Shown here: positions 1-8,760 of the stretch, piece after piece
Numbering within the stretch: position 1 is the stretch's first letter
Layout: every line of letters begins with the position of its first letter
Source of the DNA: Myxococcota bacterium
GTDB taxonomy: Bacteria; Myxococcota_A; Polyangia; Polyangiales; Houyiibacteriaceae
Length of the DNA stretch: 64,000 bases
Direction of reading: 5' to 3'
NCBI GenBank assembly: GCA_039030515.1
Contig: JBCCEA010000022.1
Coordinates: 1-64,000, forward strand
Position numbers and translations under genes: made by a program
The notes under the pieces: model-generated
Databases searched by the model: none
Seen by the model: only the letters and a program-made list of their open reading frames with translations
What the model was told of the DNA's origin: nothing

Positions 1-465
1 CGTTGAGCGACGAGCATCTTCGGTCAGCGGCTGTTTAGGCCAATTCAGCAACCACATCCCCAGGGGGCCTAGGTTGGTTCAAACAGCCAGCGCCCCGGAA
101 GCGCAGGAGAGAAGGAGTATTGACGATACTTCGAACGACGAGCATGGGAGGCAAGCAGCTGTTTGGGCCAATTCAGCAACCACATCCCCAGGGGGCCTAG
201 GTTGGCCTAAATAGGGAGCGCCCCCCAGCGCGTCTCGCAGGGTTTGAACGCATAGCGCCCCGGAAGCGCAGGAGAGAAGGAGTACTTCGAGTACGTTGAG
301 CGACGAGCATCTTCGGTCAGCGGCTGTTTAGGCCAATTCAGCAACCACATCCCCAGGGGGCCTAGGTTGGTTCAAACAGCCAGCGCCCCGCACGCGCAGA
401 CGTGAAGGAGTATTGACGATACTTCGAACGTCGAGCATGGGAGGTAAGCAGGCGTTCAGGCCTAG
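1..465. repeat. Tandem array of palindromic REP/MITE-like units delimited by CTAG (truncated at window start)
   Basis: Core gctgttt(a/g)ggccaattcagcaaccacatccccagggggcctaggttgg occurs at ~30, ~158 and ~323. Bases 1-~95 recur at 294 (period 293). CTAG lies at 69, 197, 362 and 462. Internal inverted repeats include aaacagc/gctgttt and agtat/atact. Confidence 0.8.
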
Positions 466-477
466 CGAGGCGTGCTG

Positions 478-3400
478 TTAGTGGAAGTCGCGAGACGCAA
501 GCATACAAACCCCAACCTTACTATCTACCGGCTTAGGATCCCAAAGAGCTTTTGCGACCAAATGAGTGACTCCCTCCGCTCTTTGGATTGTTCCACTTAC
601 ACCTAATAGCGAAAGAGTTTTAGCAATGGCCGCATGGCGATCGAAGGTGTTCTTCCATAGGACGAGATTGACCAATCCCGTTTCGTCCTCGAGGGTAAAG
701 AAGGTGACACCGCTGGCCGTCTGCGGTCGCTGTCTACAGATCACCATTCCGGCATATCGAACGGAGGAACCGTCTGCCAGGGCATTTAATTCTTTTGCAT
801 CCGGAATCCCGCTTTTTCGGAATTCGGAGCGCATCGTCTCCATCGGATGTCCACATGTACTGTGACTCATGGCTCTAAAGTCCCAACTGATCTGCTCGAA
901 TGGAGTTAAACCAGCTAGATTGGTTTTTGTGGTTCTAGATTCGAAAGGCAAAGGTCGTAAATTGTTTTCATATATGGCTTTTAGTTCCCACAACAATTCT
1001 CTTCGGTTGCGCTTAAAACTATCAAAGATTCCCGCTTTAGTAAGTTTTTGAAAACATGTAAGAGATAGACCACTTCGTTTTACGCAATCTCTGAAATCAC
1101 AGTAGGGAGCCGATTCGCTTAGCTTTTCTGCGTCGGCCTGAGAAAAGCCTTTGATCAAACGCAACCCCATGCGCACGGCCCAACCGTTTCCCGAAGGCTC
1201 TAGAATACAGTCCCAAACGCTTGCGTTGATGGCAGCTGGTCGTACCTCTACATCGTTTCGCCGTCCATCCTCGATCAAAGTGCTGGATGAATAAAAGCCC
1301 ATCGGTTGTGAGTTAAGCATGGCGCAGAGAAACACTTCTGGATGCCGACAGCGTAACCATGCCGTGACATAGGCGAGTAGCGCGAAAGAGGCTGCATGGC
1401 TTTCTGGAAAACCATATTCACCAAATCCAAGGATATGTGAATAAACACGCTCTGCAAATTCTAAAGAAATACCACGCTCTACCATACGGTTGATAAGTCG
1501 ATCTCGGTGTTTCTCGATCTTCCCCGATTCACGCCATGCCGCCATATCACGACGTAGTTGATCTGCTTCTCCTGGACTATAGTTTGCGGCCAAGATAGCA
1601 ATCTTCATTACTTGCTCCTGAAAAAGAGGGACACCAAGAGTCCTTTTCAAAGTTGCCTCAAGACAGGTATGGGGAAACGTGACGGGCTCTTCCCCGTTTC
1701 TTCTTCGGAGGTAGGGGTGCACCATATCACCTTGAATAGGTCCGGGTCGGACGATAGCTACTTCGATGACAAGGTCATAAAACCTTCGTGGTTTGAGTCT
1801 CGGCAGCATGGCCATTTGAGCCCTACTTTCGATCTGAAAAACCCCCACCGTGTTACCGGATGAAATCATTGCGAAGGTAGCAGGGTCATCTGCAGGTATC
1901 TCCGCCATTTCAATACGCTGCTTTTTATGTTGCTCAATGAGATCTAAGCTTTTATGGATTGCGGATAAACTTCCTAAAGCCAGTAAGTCTACTTTGAATA
2001 AGCCAAGTGCCTCCACATCGTGTTTGTCCCACTGAATAATGCTTCGCGATTTCATCGCGGCTGGCTCTACAGGCGCCAGCTCGCACACCGGCTGATTACC
2101 CAAGATAAATCCACCGGGATGGATCGATAGGTGTCTGGGGAAACCCTGAATTTCTTTGGTAAGTTCGAGCCAGTGAGTGATGTTTTTACGCCGACGGTCC
2201 AGCCCAGCGGCCTTCAGATCAATCGCATTTATTTCTCCGCCCCACCGGCTTGTGAGTCGTGCCACAGCGTCTATCTCTTCGGTATCAATCTGTAGAACCT
2301 TACCTACTTCGCGGAGTGCAGATTTTAGGCGATAACGAACAATATTGGCGACCATAGCAGAATGATTTTTCCCATAACGGCGATAGACATGCTGTATGAC
2401 CTCCTCTCTTCTTGTGTGTTCGATATCGAGATCGATGTCCGGAGGCTCCGCGCGTTCTCTACTCAAAAAACGCTCAAAAAGGAGTCCCATTCGTACGGGA
2501 TCTACAGCGGTAATGCCGAGACAAAAGCAGACTGAACTGTTAGCTGCACTGCCTCTGCCTTGACATAAGATGCCATTTTTCTTACAGAACTGAACGATTT
2601 CATACATCGTAAGAAAGTAACCACCGTAATTGAGTTCACGGATAAGTTCGAGTTCCCGATTGAGCTGAGCTTGAATATCGCCGGGTATCTTCCCGGAGTA
2701 TCGGGCTCTCGCACCCTGGTGGGTTAGTTCACGGAGCCAGCCTTGCACACTCTGTTGTTCCGGTACGGCTTCCTCTGGATAACGATAATCGAGTAGATCA
2801 AAGCTGAACGTACATTGCTCCGCTACTTTGATTCCGTTGAGGATAAGTTCCGGAGCGTCTTCATAAAGTCGGCTGAATTCCTGATTGGAACGAAGATGCA
2901 TTTCCGCATTGCTTGAAATAAGCGTTCCGGCATCTCGTAAGGTGGTTCTATGACGTATGCAGGTAAGCACGTCAGAAAGAGGTTTCCGCTCCTTTTTATG
3001 AAAACGAACTTCGGTGCTTCCTACGGTAAGAAGACCCAACTCTCTTGCGCGTAAGCGAAGTTGAACCTCTTGACGATGCGCAGACTCGGTCATCGCTCGG
3101 CATACAAACGCGATCACCTGCGTTCCGTAGAGTGGGTACAACAGGTTCAACCAACGTACGGAAGGAACTAGAAAAAACACCCCGTCAGCCTCCGCAGAAA
3201 GAAGATCCTTCAGACTGATGAGAGACTCCCCTTTAGGCGCGCGCTTATGTCCGCGGGTGAGCAAACGTGATATTTTTTTATATCCTTGTTTATTCTGAGC
3301 TAAAAGTATCAAGCGATCGGCAGCTCGAATCGGAGTAGGGATATCCGGCATGCTCGGCGGAAGATCAAGATGAGAAACATAGATCTCTGCGCCAATGATC

Positions 3401-3591
3401 AATCGAACATTCGTCTTCTCGGCAGCGATATGCGCTCGGACTGCACCATAAAATCCATTGCGATCGGTAATCGCTAATGTGTTAATTTCTAGCTGACTTG
3501 CCTGATCAACAAGCTCTTCGGGATACGATGCACCCTCTAGAAAAGAGTGACATGTCTTATTCCAGAATGGTACATAGGGCAGATTATTCAT
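478..3591 (-). CDS. dnaE2: Error-prone DNA polymerase III alpha (DnaE2/ImuC)
   Basis: N-terminal PHP domain, GRGSAANS, PDIDLD catalytic motif, OB fold and the DnaE2-specific C-terminal SRDFH; lies downstream of imuA-imuB. Confidence 0.96.
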   Translation of the reverse strand: MNNLPYVPFWNKTCHSFLEGASYPEELVDQASQLEINTLAITDRNGFYGAVRAHIAAEKTNVRLIIGAEIYVSHLDLPPSMPDIPTPIRAADRLILLAQNKQGYKKISRLLTRGHKRAPKGESLISLKDLLSAEADGVFFLVPSVRWLNLLYPLYGTQVIAFVCRAMTESAHRQEVQLRLRARELGLLTVGSTEVRFHKKERKPLSDVLTCIRHRTTLRDAGTLISSNAEMHLRSNQEFSRLYEDAPELILNGIKVAEQCTFSFDLLDYRYPEEAVPEQQSVQGWLRELTHQGARARYSGKIPGDIQAQLNRELELIRELNYGGYFLTMYEIVQFCKKNGILCQGRGSAANSSVCFCLGITAVDPVRMGLLFERFLSRERAEPPDIDLDIEHTRREEVIQHVYRRYGKNHSAMVANIVRYRLKSALREVGKVLQIDTEEIDAVARLTSRWGGEINAIDLKAAGLDRRRKNITHWLELTKEIQGFPRHLSIHPGGFILGNQPVCELAPVEPAAMKSRSIIQWDKHDVEALGLFKVDLLALGSLSAIHKSLDLIEQHKKQRIEMAEIPADDPATFAMISSGNTVGVFQIESRAQMAMLPRLKPRRFYDLVIEVAIVRPGPIQGDMVHPYLRRRNGEEPVTFPHTCLEATLKRTLGVPLFQEQVMKIAILAANYSPGEADQLRRDMAAWRESGKIEKHRDRLINRMVERGISLEFAERVYSHILGFGEYGFPESHAASFALLAYVTAWLRCRHPEVFLCAMLNSQPMGFYSSSTLIEDGRRNDVEVRPAAINASVWDCILEPSGNGWAVRMGLRLIKGFSQADAEKLSESAPYCDFRDCVKRSGLSLTCFQKLTKAGIFDSFKRNRRELLWELKAIYENNLRPLPFESRTTKTNLAGLTPFEQISWDFRAMSHSTCGHPMETMRSEFRKSGIPDAKELNALADGSSVRYAGMVICRQRPQTASGVTFFTLEDETGLVNLVLWKNTFDRHAAIAKTLSLLGVSGTIQRAEGVTHLVAKALWDPKPVDSKVGVCMLASRDFH

Positions 3592-3649
3592 ATTAAAATT
3601 GAGTACGAATCAGTGAGAGATGCGCTCGAACCGTTTAGCCAGAGCGCCT

Positions 3650-5194
3650 CTAATCAAGATGACCGTGGAGAAACCAGTTGTTTCGTTGTGCGTCGAAGAA
3701 TATCCAATGAATCGCGCGAGTTGTCGTTTCTGCGTAGTAATAGTCACGTTCGATCATTCGATTCCACCAACCACCATGGATCCGATATGGCCCATAAAGA
3801 TGCACTATCGTTTCGTCAGGAAGTTCGGGGCCCTTCGCTGGTTTGGTAGGATCTTGGCTCGCAAGCAGCTGTGGCTTATTGAGCAGGCGTCGCACCAATG
3901 GTTGGTACGGCTTATCGACCGTAAAGGCTTCGGAATGTTCTCGTCGGTCCATCTCCGATGAGCATTTGAGAAATGAATCAAAATGAATCCACTTAAACCG
4001 AGCTTCCGGTAAATGGCCGTCTCGAATGTATGCTTTTGAAACAGACTCATTTCCAAAAGCTGCTCGAAGCTGTGCGAGCGTGTGCTTGGCTGAGGTAGCA
4101 TTTCGAACAGCGGTTTTTTCTGTAATGAACACGTTTTGTTCCATGCTGTATGCTCCCAGAGTCGCGCTTAGATGGATCAAACTGATTCGATCGGAAAGCA
4201 TGGCGTTGTAGAGACGTAGTCTGACTAGCTCAAGAAGGAATTGTTCGTCTCGAGTCGTGTTTGATGGCTCGATGCGCTCCTCGTGAGTTCCTCCATGTTC
4301 CAAATGAAACACGCAATGTAGAGTCATTAGGGCACGATATCGATTTCTGATTTGACCCAAGAGATCGTGAAGGCCCGTTTTTATGCCGAATAGGAGCCGT
4401 GCAAGATCATCGTCTGGTGGTTCGACTCCAAGGCTCACGCCTACTTCGTCTTGTTCATGGGTAGGCTGTAACGGTAAAGGGCTGTTGTCGGAGAACCGTT
4501 CATAGAGAAGTTTTGCCTCAGATCCCAGATGCGACTGAATTTCATCTGCTGGAAGTTTTAGTAGATCGTTTACGGTATAGATCTGCAGATCACTCAGCAT
4601 TTCTCGTAAAAAAGGGGTAATCTGAAGCGCATCGAGATCTACCTCACCGGTTTGTTTTTTTTCGTCATCAGGACATCGATATATAACTATCGAATGAGTG
4701 ATGCTCGAATGGGACGCTTTTGCTGGACACATACTCGATAGTGCTTCTAATCGATGACGGTTGAATCCAATCGTCAAAGTAGAAACCCATCTGCGGCCTC
4801 GAAGATACTGCTGAATCGATCGTGCCCACGTGAGAATATCGACATAAAGCTCAGACATTCCCGATGGATCGAGCAGCCAAGAGCCTTTTTCACCCACTTC
4901 GATATTCGGACTAAACGCACGCAGGCCTTTAGAAATATCTTCAATTAGTTCTGTCTCATGATTTTCGTTTGCGGTCGTTGCATGCAGATCTGGAACGATA
5001 TCGCGTGCAAGAGAGAACTTCATGCCTAGCTTTAAAGATCGTTTTAGAGCTAAAGAATTTAGATCTACTATTCTACCGCTATATCCATGTTCATCTAGTA
5101 TAGCAATTGGACTTCGACGCCAATCAGGTTGTTTCTTCAAGACTACTTGTATCGAAAAGTTTTGTATTTGAAGGTATGCGATGCTTCGATGCAA
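3650..5194 (-). CDS. imuB: ImuB, inactive Y-family polymerase accessory protein
   Basis: Y-family-like N-terminus and C-terminal GPYRIHGGWW..ERDYY..WFLHG motif; lies between imuA and dnaE2. Confidence 0.9.
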   Translation of the reverse strand: MHRSIAYLQIQNFSIQVVLKKQPDWRRSPIAILDEHGYSGRIVDLNSLALKRSLKLGMKFSLARDIVPDLHATTANENHETELIEDISKGLRAFSPNIEVGEKGSWLLDPSGMSELYVDILTWARSIQQYLRGRRWVSTLTIGFNRHRLEALSSMCPAKASHSSITHSIVIYRCPDDEKKQTGEVDLDALQITPFLREMLSDLQIYTVNDLLKLPADEIQSHLGSEAKLLYERFSDNSPLPLQPTHEQDEVGVSLGVEPPDDDLARLLFGIKTGLHDLLGQIRNRYRALMTLHCVFHLEHGGTHEERIEPSNTTRDEQFLLELVRLRLYNAMLSDRISLIHLSATLGAYSMEQNVFITEKTAVRNATSAKHTLAQLRAAFGNESVSKAYIRDGHLPEARFKWIHFDSFLKCSSEMDRREHSEAFTVDKPYQPLVRRLLNKPQLLASQDPTKPAKGPELPDETIVHLYGPYRIHGGWWNRMIERDYYYAETTTRAIHWIFFDAQRNNWFLHGHLD

Positions 5195-5275
5195 AAGAGA
5201 CTCCGGATGCAGATGAATCGAGCAAGCTTACTGCTCATGAATAAATATATTTGGTGTAAGATCGGTGGCTAATTA

Positions 5276-6037
5276 TCAGTTTTGCAAAACTGCATTAACG
5301 TGACAAGCGGTTGGTTCAGGCATCAGAGCGAGTCCATCGGGAACAGTTCTCTGTTCAGTTACTTGTTCCACATGGGCACCAACTTTGTTTTTGAGAACTT
5401 CGCAAACGAGTTCTACCTCTGCGGTTCCGGTTCGACGCCAGTGTGGTTTAAACCGCAGACTCACCATGGGTCCTGCTGATGGTTGTTGTCTATCGGTAGA
5501 GGTAAGCAAAATTAACCGACTCGCATTCTTACGTGCCATCTGTGCAAGACGGCTTTGCCAGGCAATTCCTGCGGGTTGATGTTCCCGTAAGTCGAGAACC
5601 ACCAAACCAAAAGCTCCAGATCGGAGTACTATTTCGGCTGCGCGCGACAGCTTCAGTGGCGGCACATGGACCGTAGGCAAGGCATCGAGATCGACTCCAG
5701 CTCTTGCAAGATCTGGAGGATAAAGAGAGCCTTGGGTACTTTGCACCCAGACGGTGGTCTCACCTATCCGCTGCATATGAAGGATGCAAGAGACAGCGAC
5801 GCTGTTGAGGCCTTGTGCCTGATTTGAAGAAAGCTCGACGATGTATCCAGGACGTACCAGAGATGCGATTGAGGTACGTTCCGGCACGTCCTTCATCGGG
5901 TGTTTAGAACTATTCAGGTCCCTAGTGATATGGTTGATCTGTTGGGTACACGCGGGCCGCTGTTGTTCAAGTTGGACATCATACATGTTCTCTTGGATTT
6001 GCCGTGCGTGCGGTTTCGAGTTGTTCAAGCGGGTCAT
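5276..6037 (-). CDS. imuA: ImuA, RecA-like mutagenesis protein
   Basis: LYPPDLARAGVDL and LRSGAFGLVVLDL RecA/ImuA-like motifs; first gene of the cassette. Start uncertain. Confidence 0.85.
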   Translation of the reverse strand: MTRLNNSKPHARQIQENMYDVQLEQQRPACTQQINHITRDLNSSKHPMKDVPERTSIASLVRPGYIVELSSNQAQGLNSVAVSCILHMQRIGETTVWVQSTQGSLYPPDLARAGVDLDALPTVHVPPLKLSRAAEIVLRSGAFGLVVLDLREHQPAGIAWQSRLAQMARKNASRLILLTSTDRQQPSAGPMVSLRFKPHWRRTGTAEVELVCEVLKNKVGAHVEQVTEQRTVPDGLALMPEPTACHVNAVLQN

Positions 6038-6049
6038 GCTCTGAAGATA

Positions 6050-6065
6050 CGGAACGCATGTTCAG
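6050..6065. promoter_or_regulatory. Putative LexA (SOS) box upstream of imuA
   Basis: CGGAACGCATGTTCAG has a GAAC-N4-GTTC core, matches the Myxococcus-type CTRHAMRYBYGTTCAG consensus at 14/16 positions, and sits just upstream of the imuA start. Confidence 0.7.
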
Positions 6066-6295
6066 TGTCAAGTTATGGTGCTGCACACCATCCGGTTCTC
6101 AGCATGTAGGGCGGTACTATGCTGCCAGCAAACATTTGACCGTGTTGCCAGTAAGCACCGGAAGTTATTGAAATAAAATGCGTTTGTTGCTCTGAAGACA
6201 GACGTCGATGCATGCAGGTGATGGCGCGATCGTCTCCTGTGTGGAGCGCCCAATTGCCGGGCGCAGTCGCATCGTGCCTAGAGGCTGGCGCCGAA

Positions 6296-7600
6296 TCAAT
6301 CGAACCGTGCGGCAACGTAATCCCGGTATATTCGCCGCGATAGCCAAAGAGCGGCACCAAAAAGCCCAAGGGCTAACGCGATCGATAGCTGAGATCCCAG
6401 TCCGGTGAGGGAGTGCACCGAGACATAGGGGACGAAATACGGGTCTATCGAGATCCACCAGAGGATCAGAAGCACCAGGCTGCTCCCGGCAAGATCACCA
6501 GCCCGTACGCAGGCAATATCGATCAAGGCCTTTACGGAACGTTTTCGCTCCACCGTAAGCGGCGCATAAAGTAATTCGTAACAAGATCGAAAAAATGAAT
6601 TTGCAAGAATTGATTCGGTTGCTTTTAGCAGTGTGATCGTACCGAGACTGAGGAACGGCAAAGCCAAAACACCTGTGAAGCAAAGCGCAATCGGTCCGAT
6701 ACTGAGTGTACTGCCGAGGCCGAGGCGACGTACCGCTATCTGGCCCAATCCAGCTTGAACCCCAAAGGTAAGCAGGCTGGTTAAAGTATAGTAGACTACA
6801 AAAAACCTAATTAGGTCCTCTGATCTGCCCTCAAAGGCCATATCCGCTGAGGATTTCATCGCGAAATCCAACAGTGTTGCCGCTGCGCTACTGACAAGTA
6901 CGAGCATCGCGATATTCCGCAGGTACACATCACGGAATGCTCGGTTTTTAATAGAACCGATATCGTTTGAAGCGTGTCTCGTTGTGTTCACTTCGATTGC
7001 CGATGAACACGGTTTTCTATACAGAAACGGAACAAAAGTGACGCACCCGACAAGCGCATGAGTCGTCGCCAACAAAAGAAACATGATAGAAAAATCTGTC
7101 TCAGCGACGATACGGATAGCCGCAATGCCTCCGAAGAAAGCTCCAAAGGTAACTCCAGTGTGGATGCGCGGGAGACAACGCTTTGCATCACGGAGGCCGA
7201 GGGTCTCTCCAATAAGTAGAAAAAAAGCGCTTACGGATATCGCTCCGATAACCGATTGATGCAGATAGAGGGCAATCGCGGTGATGCGAGGGGTGTGAAT
7301 GCAGAGCCAATATTCTATCGCGTAAAAGATAGAGCTTAGTAGCAATGAGCCCGACAAAATTGGCGTGGGTCCATGTCGCCTGAATGATTTTGACAGTACA
7401 AAGGCCAGTAGAATGGATAGCAAGGCGGAGCCGAGCATCATGCCAGGCAATTCACTTGAGCCGAATATCGAAAGAAAAAACGCGTCTCGAACCGATTTGC
7501 CGGCGACCTGCTGTGCCAAAAGCGATGCTCCGGTGGCGGCAGCGGCTGCGGTGATTTGCTTATGGTTCATGAGCGGTTTTAGGAATCTCCTGATCCACAA
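6296..7600 (-). CDS. MFS-fold membrane protein, Npt1/Npt2 (TLC/NTT)-like nucleotide transporter family
   Basis: About 12 hydrophobic segments; KSVRDAFFL and LYAPL..ERKRSVKALID..RAGD motifs typical of NTT-like proteins. Confidence 0.65.
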   Translation of the reverse strand: MWIRRFLKPLMNHKQITAAAAATGASLLAQQVAGKSVRDAFFLSIFGSSELPGMMLGSALLSILLAFVLSKSFRRHGPTPILSGSLLLSSIFYAIEYWLCIHTPRITAIALYLHQSVIGAISVSAFFLLIGETLGLRDAKRCLPRIHTGVTFGAFFGGIAAIRIVAETDFSIMFLLLATTHALVGCVTFVPFLYRKPCSSAIEVNTTRHASNDIGSIKNRAFRDVYLRNIAMLVLVSSAAATLLDFAMKSSADMAFEGRSEDLIRFFVVYYTLTSLLTFGVQAGLGQIAVRRLGLGSTLSIGPIALCFTGVLALPFLSLGTITLLKATESILANSFFRSCYELLYAPLTVERKRSVKALIDIACVRAGDLAGSSLVLLILWWISIDPYFVPYVSVHSLTGLGSQLSIALALGLFGAALWLSRRIYRDYVAARFD

Positions 7601-8760
7601 TCTGAGGACTTGGATATCGGCATTTGAATGACTTCCCGATGCAGTCGATCGATCGAGGTCATCCAGCTTGTCGGAGATTCATTGCTGTTGCGCATTGCAA
7701 AATGTGAGGCTACCGATCGGCATCGTTTACGCAGAGATTCACAGAGGTTTTTTACATCGCGCACATCGTTTTCGGCTTGTCCGAATAGGGACTCTGGAAG
7801 GCAGAGGCGCACCTGTTTTTCGCCACCTTGAATTAGTTCGTCCAGTAAAAACACGGTTGCATATTCAAAGATAAACCCTTCGTAAGGCGAACCAAAGTTT
7901 CGGGCATTGGGTAGATGTTTGGAAACTAAAGCAAGAGCCTGATCGTAGTTCGAAGTTAAGGTCAGAAAAAGTAAATGATCTGCGAGGCGTGCAGAAAGTT
8001 TGCGTCCATTTTGTAATAATGGATAGCCAAGTCGATGATGCTGCAGTGCCTCTTTGAATCGTCCCTCCATAAAGAGAGGAAGAAGCACGCGAGCATGGGT
8101 ACGATGCGGTACTTCAGCGCACCGTAGCGTTCCATGAAATATAGGTGCGGCTGCTCGGTAGGCTTCGGCATTTCGTTCGAGCCAGAAAAGCACGTGAGCA
8201 TGGGTATCGGCATCACAAGCAGGGCAGTCAGATAGCCAGTCGTGAGGTGCGCGCTGCCATAGTCGCTCGAAGTGCTCTGCCGCTTCGCGATCCCCAAGAA
8301 CCGTCGCTACCTTACAGCGGAGATGATATTCCGAGCGGGATCCCGCACCGACCTGCTCGAATCGGCGACTCAGATCTTGAATCATCTCTTCGATTTGTTC
8401 CCGTTCGATCTCGTGGAATGCGACGGCCTCTTCAATCGCCCACTTATAGGTCCAAAGGATGTGGGCCTCATCGAAACGGGCAGGATGCTGATCGACCTGC
8501 GCAAGGCACCATGCAAATGCCGTGAGCATGTCCTTGGGTCTTCCGGAAAAACAGGAGAGTTCGATGAGTTCAAGTCTTGCTTCGAACCCCAGATCCAGAT
8601 CTCGGTGACGGTCTGCAAGACGCACCGCCTCTTCGCAACACTCTAGTGCAAAATCGCCATAACCGCTCTGACGTCTTGCCTCATCGAGGCATTCGGCAAT
8701 CGCTTGTCGATAGTCGCTCATCGAACGATGCTCACTGCAGCCATCGGTTACGCGACTCAA
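7579..8760 (-). CDS. TPR-like helical protein with CxxC (DCPACD) and CAEVPH motifs; partner of the HSP90-like ATPase
   Basis: Helical-repeat character, LWTYKW motif; overlaps both neighbouring genes. Confidence 0.65.
   Translation of the reverse strand: MSRVTDGCSEHRSMSDYRQAIAECLDEARRQSGYGDFALECCEEAVRLADRHRDLDLGFEARLELIELSCFSGRPKDMLTAFAWCLAQVDQHPARFDEAHILWTYKWAIEEAVAFHEIEREQIEEMIQDLSRRFEQVGAGSRSEYHLRCKVATVLGDREAAEHFERLWQRAPHDWLSDCPACDADTHAHVLFWLERNAEAYRAAAPIFHGTLRCAEVPHRTHARVLLPLFMEGRFKEALQHHRLGYPLLQNGRKLSARLADHLLFLTLTSNYDQALALVSKHLPNARNFGSPYEGFIFEYATVFLLDELIQGGEKQVRLCLPESLFGQAENDVRDVKNLCESLRKRCRSVASHFAMRNSNESPTSWMTSIDRLHREVIQMPISKSSDCGSGDS

Noticed and set aside
1..465. CRISPR array
   Set aside because: The repeats are ~48 bp or longer, the intervening sequences are themselves repeated and of unequal length, and there are no cas genes.
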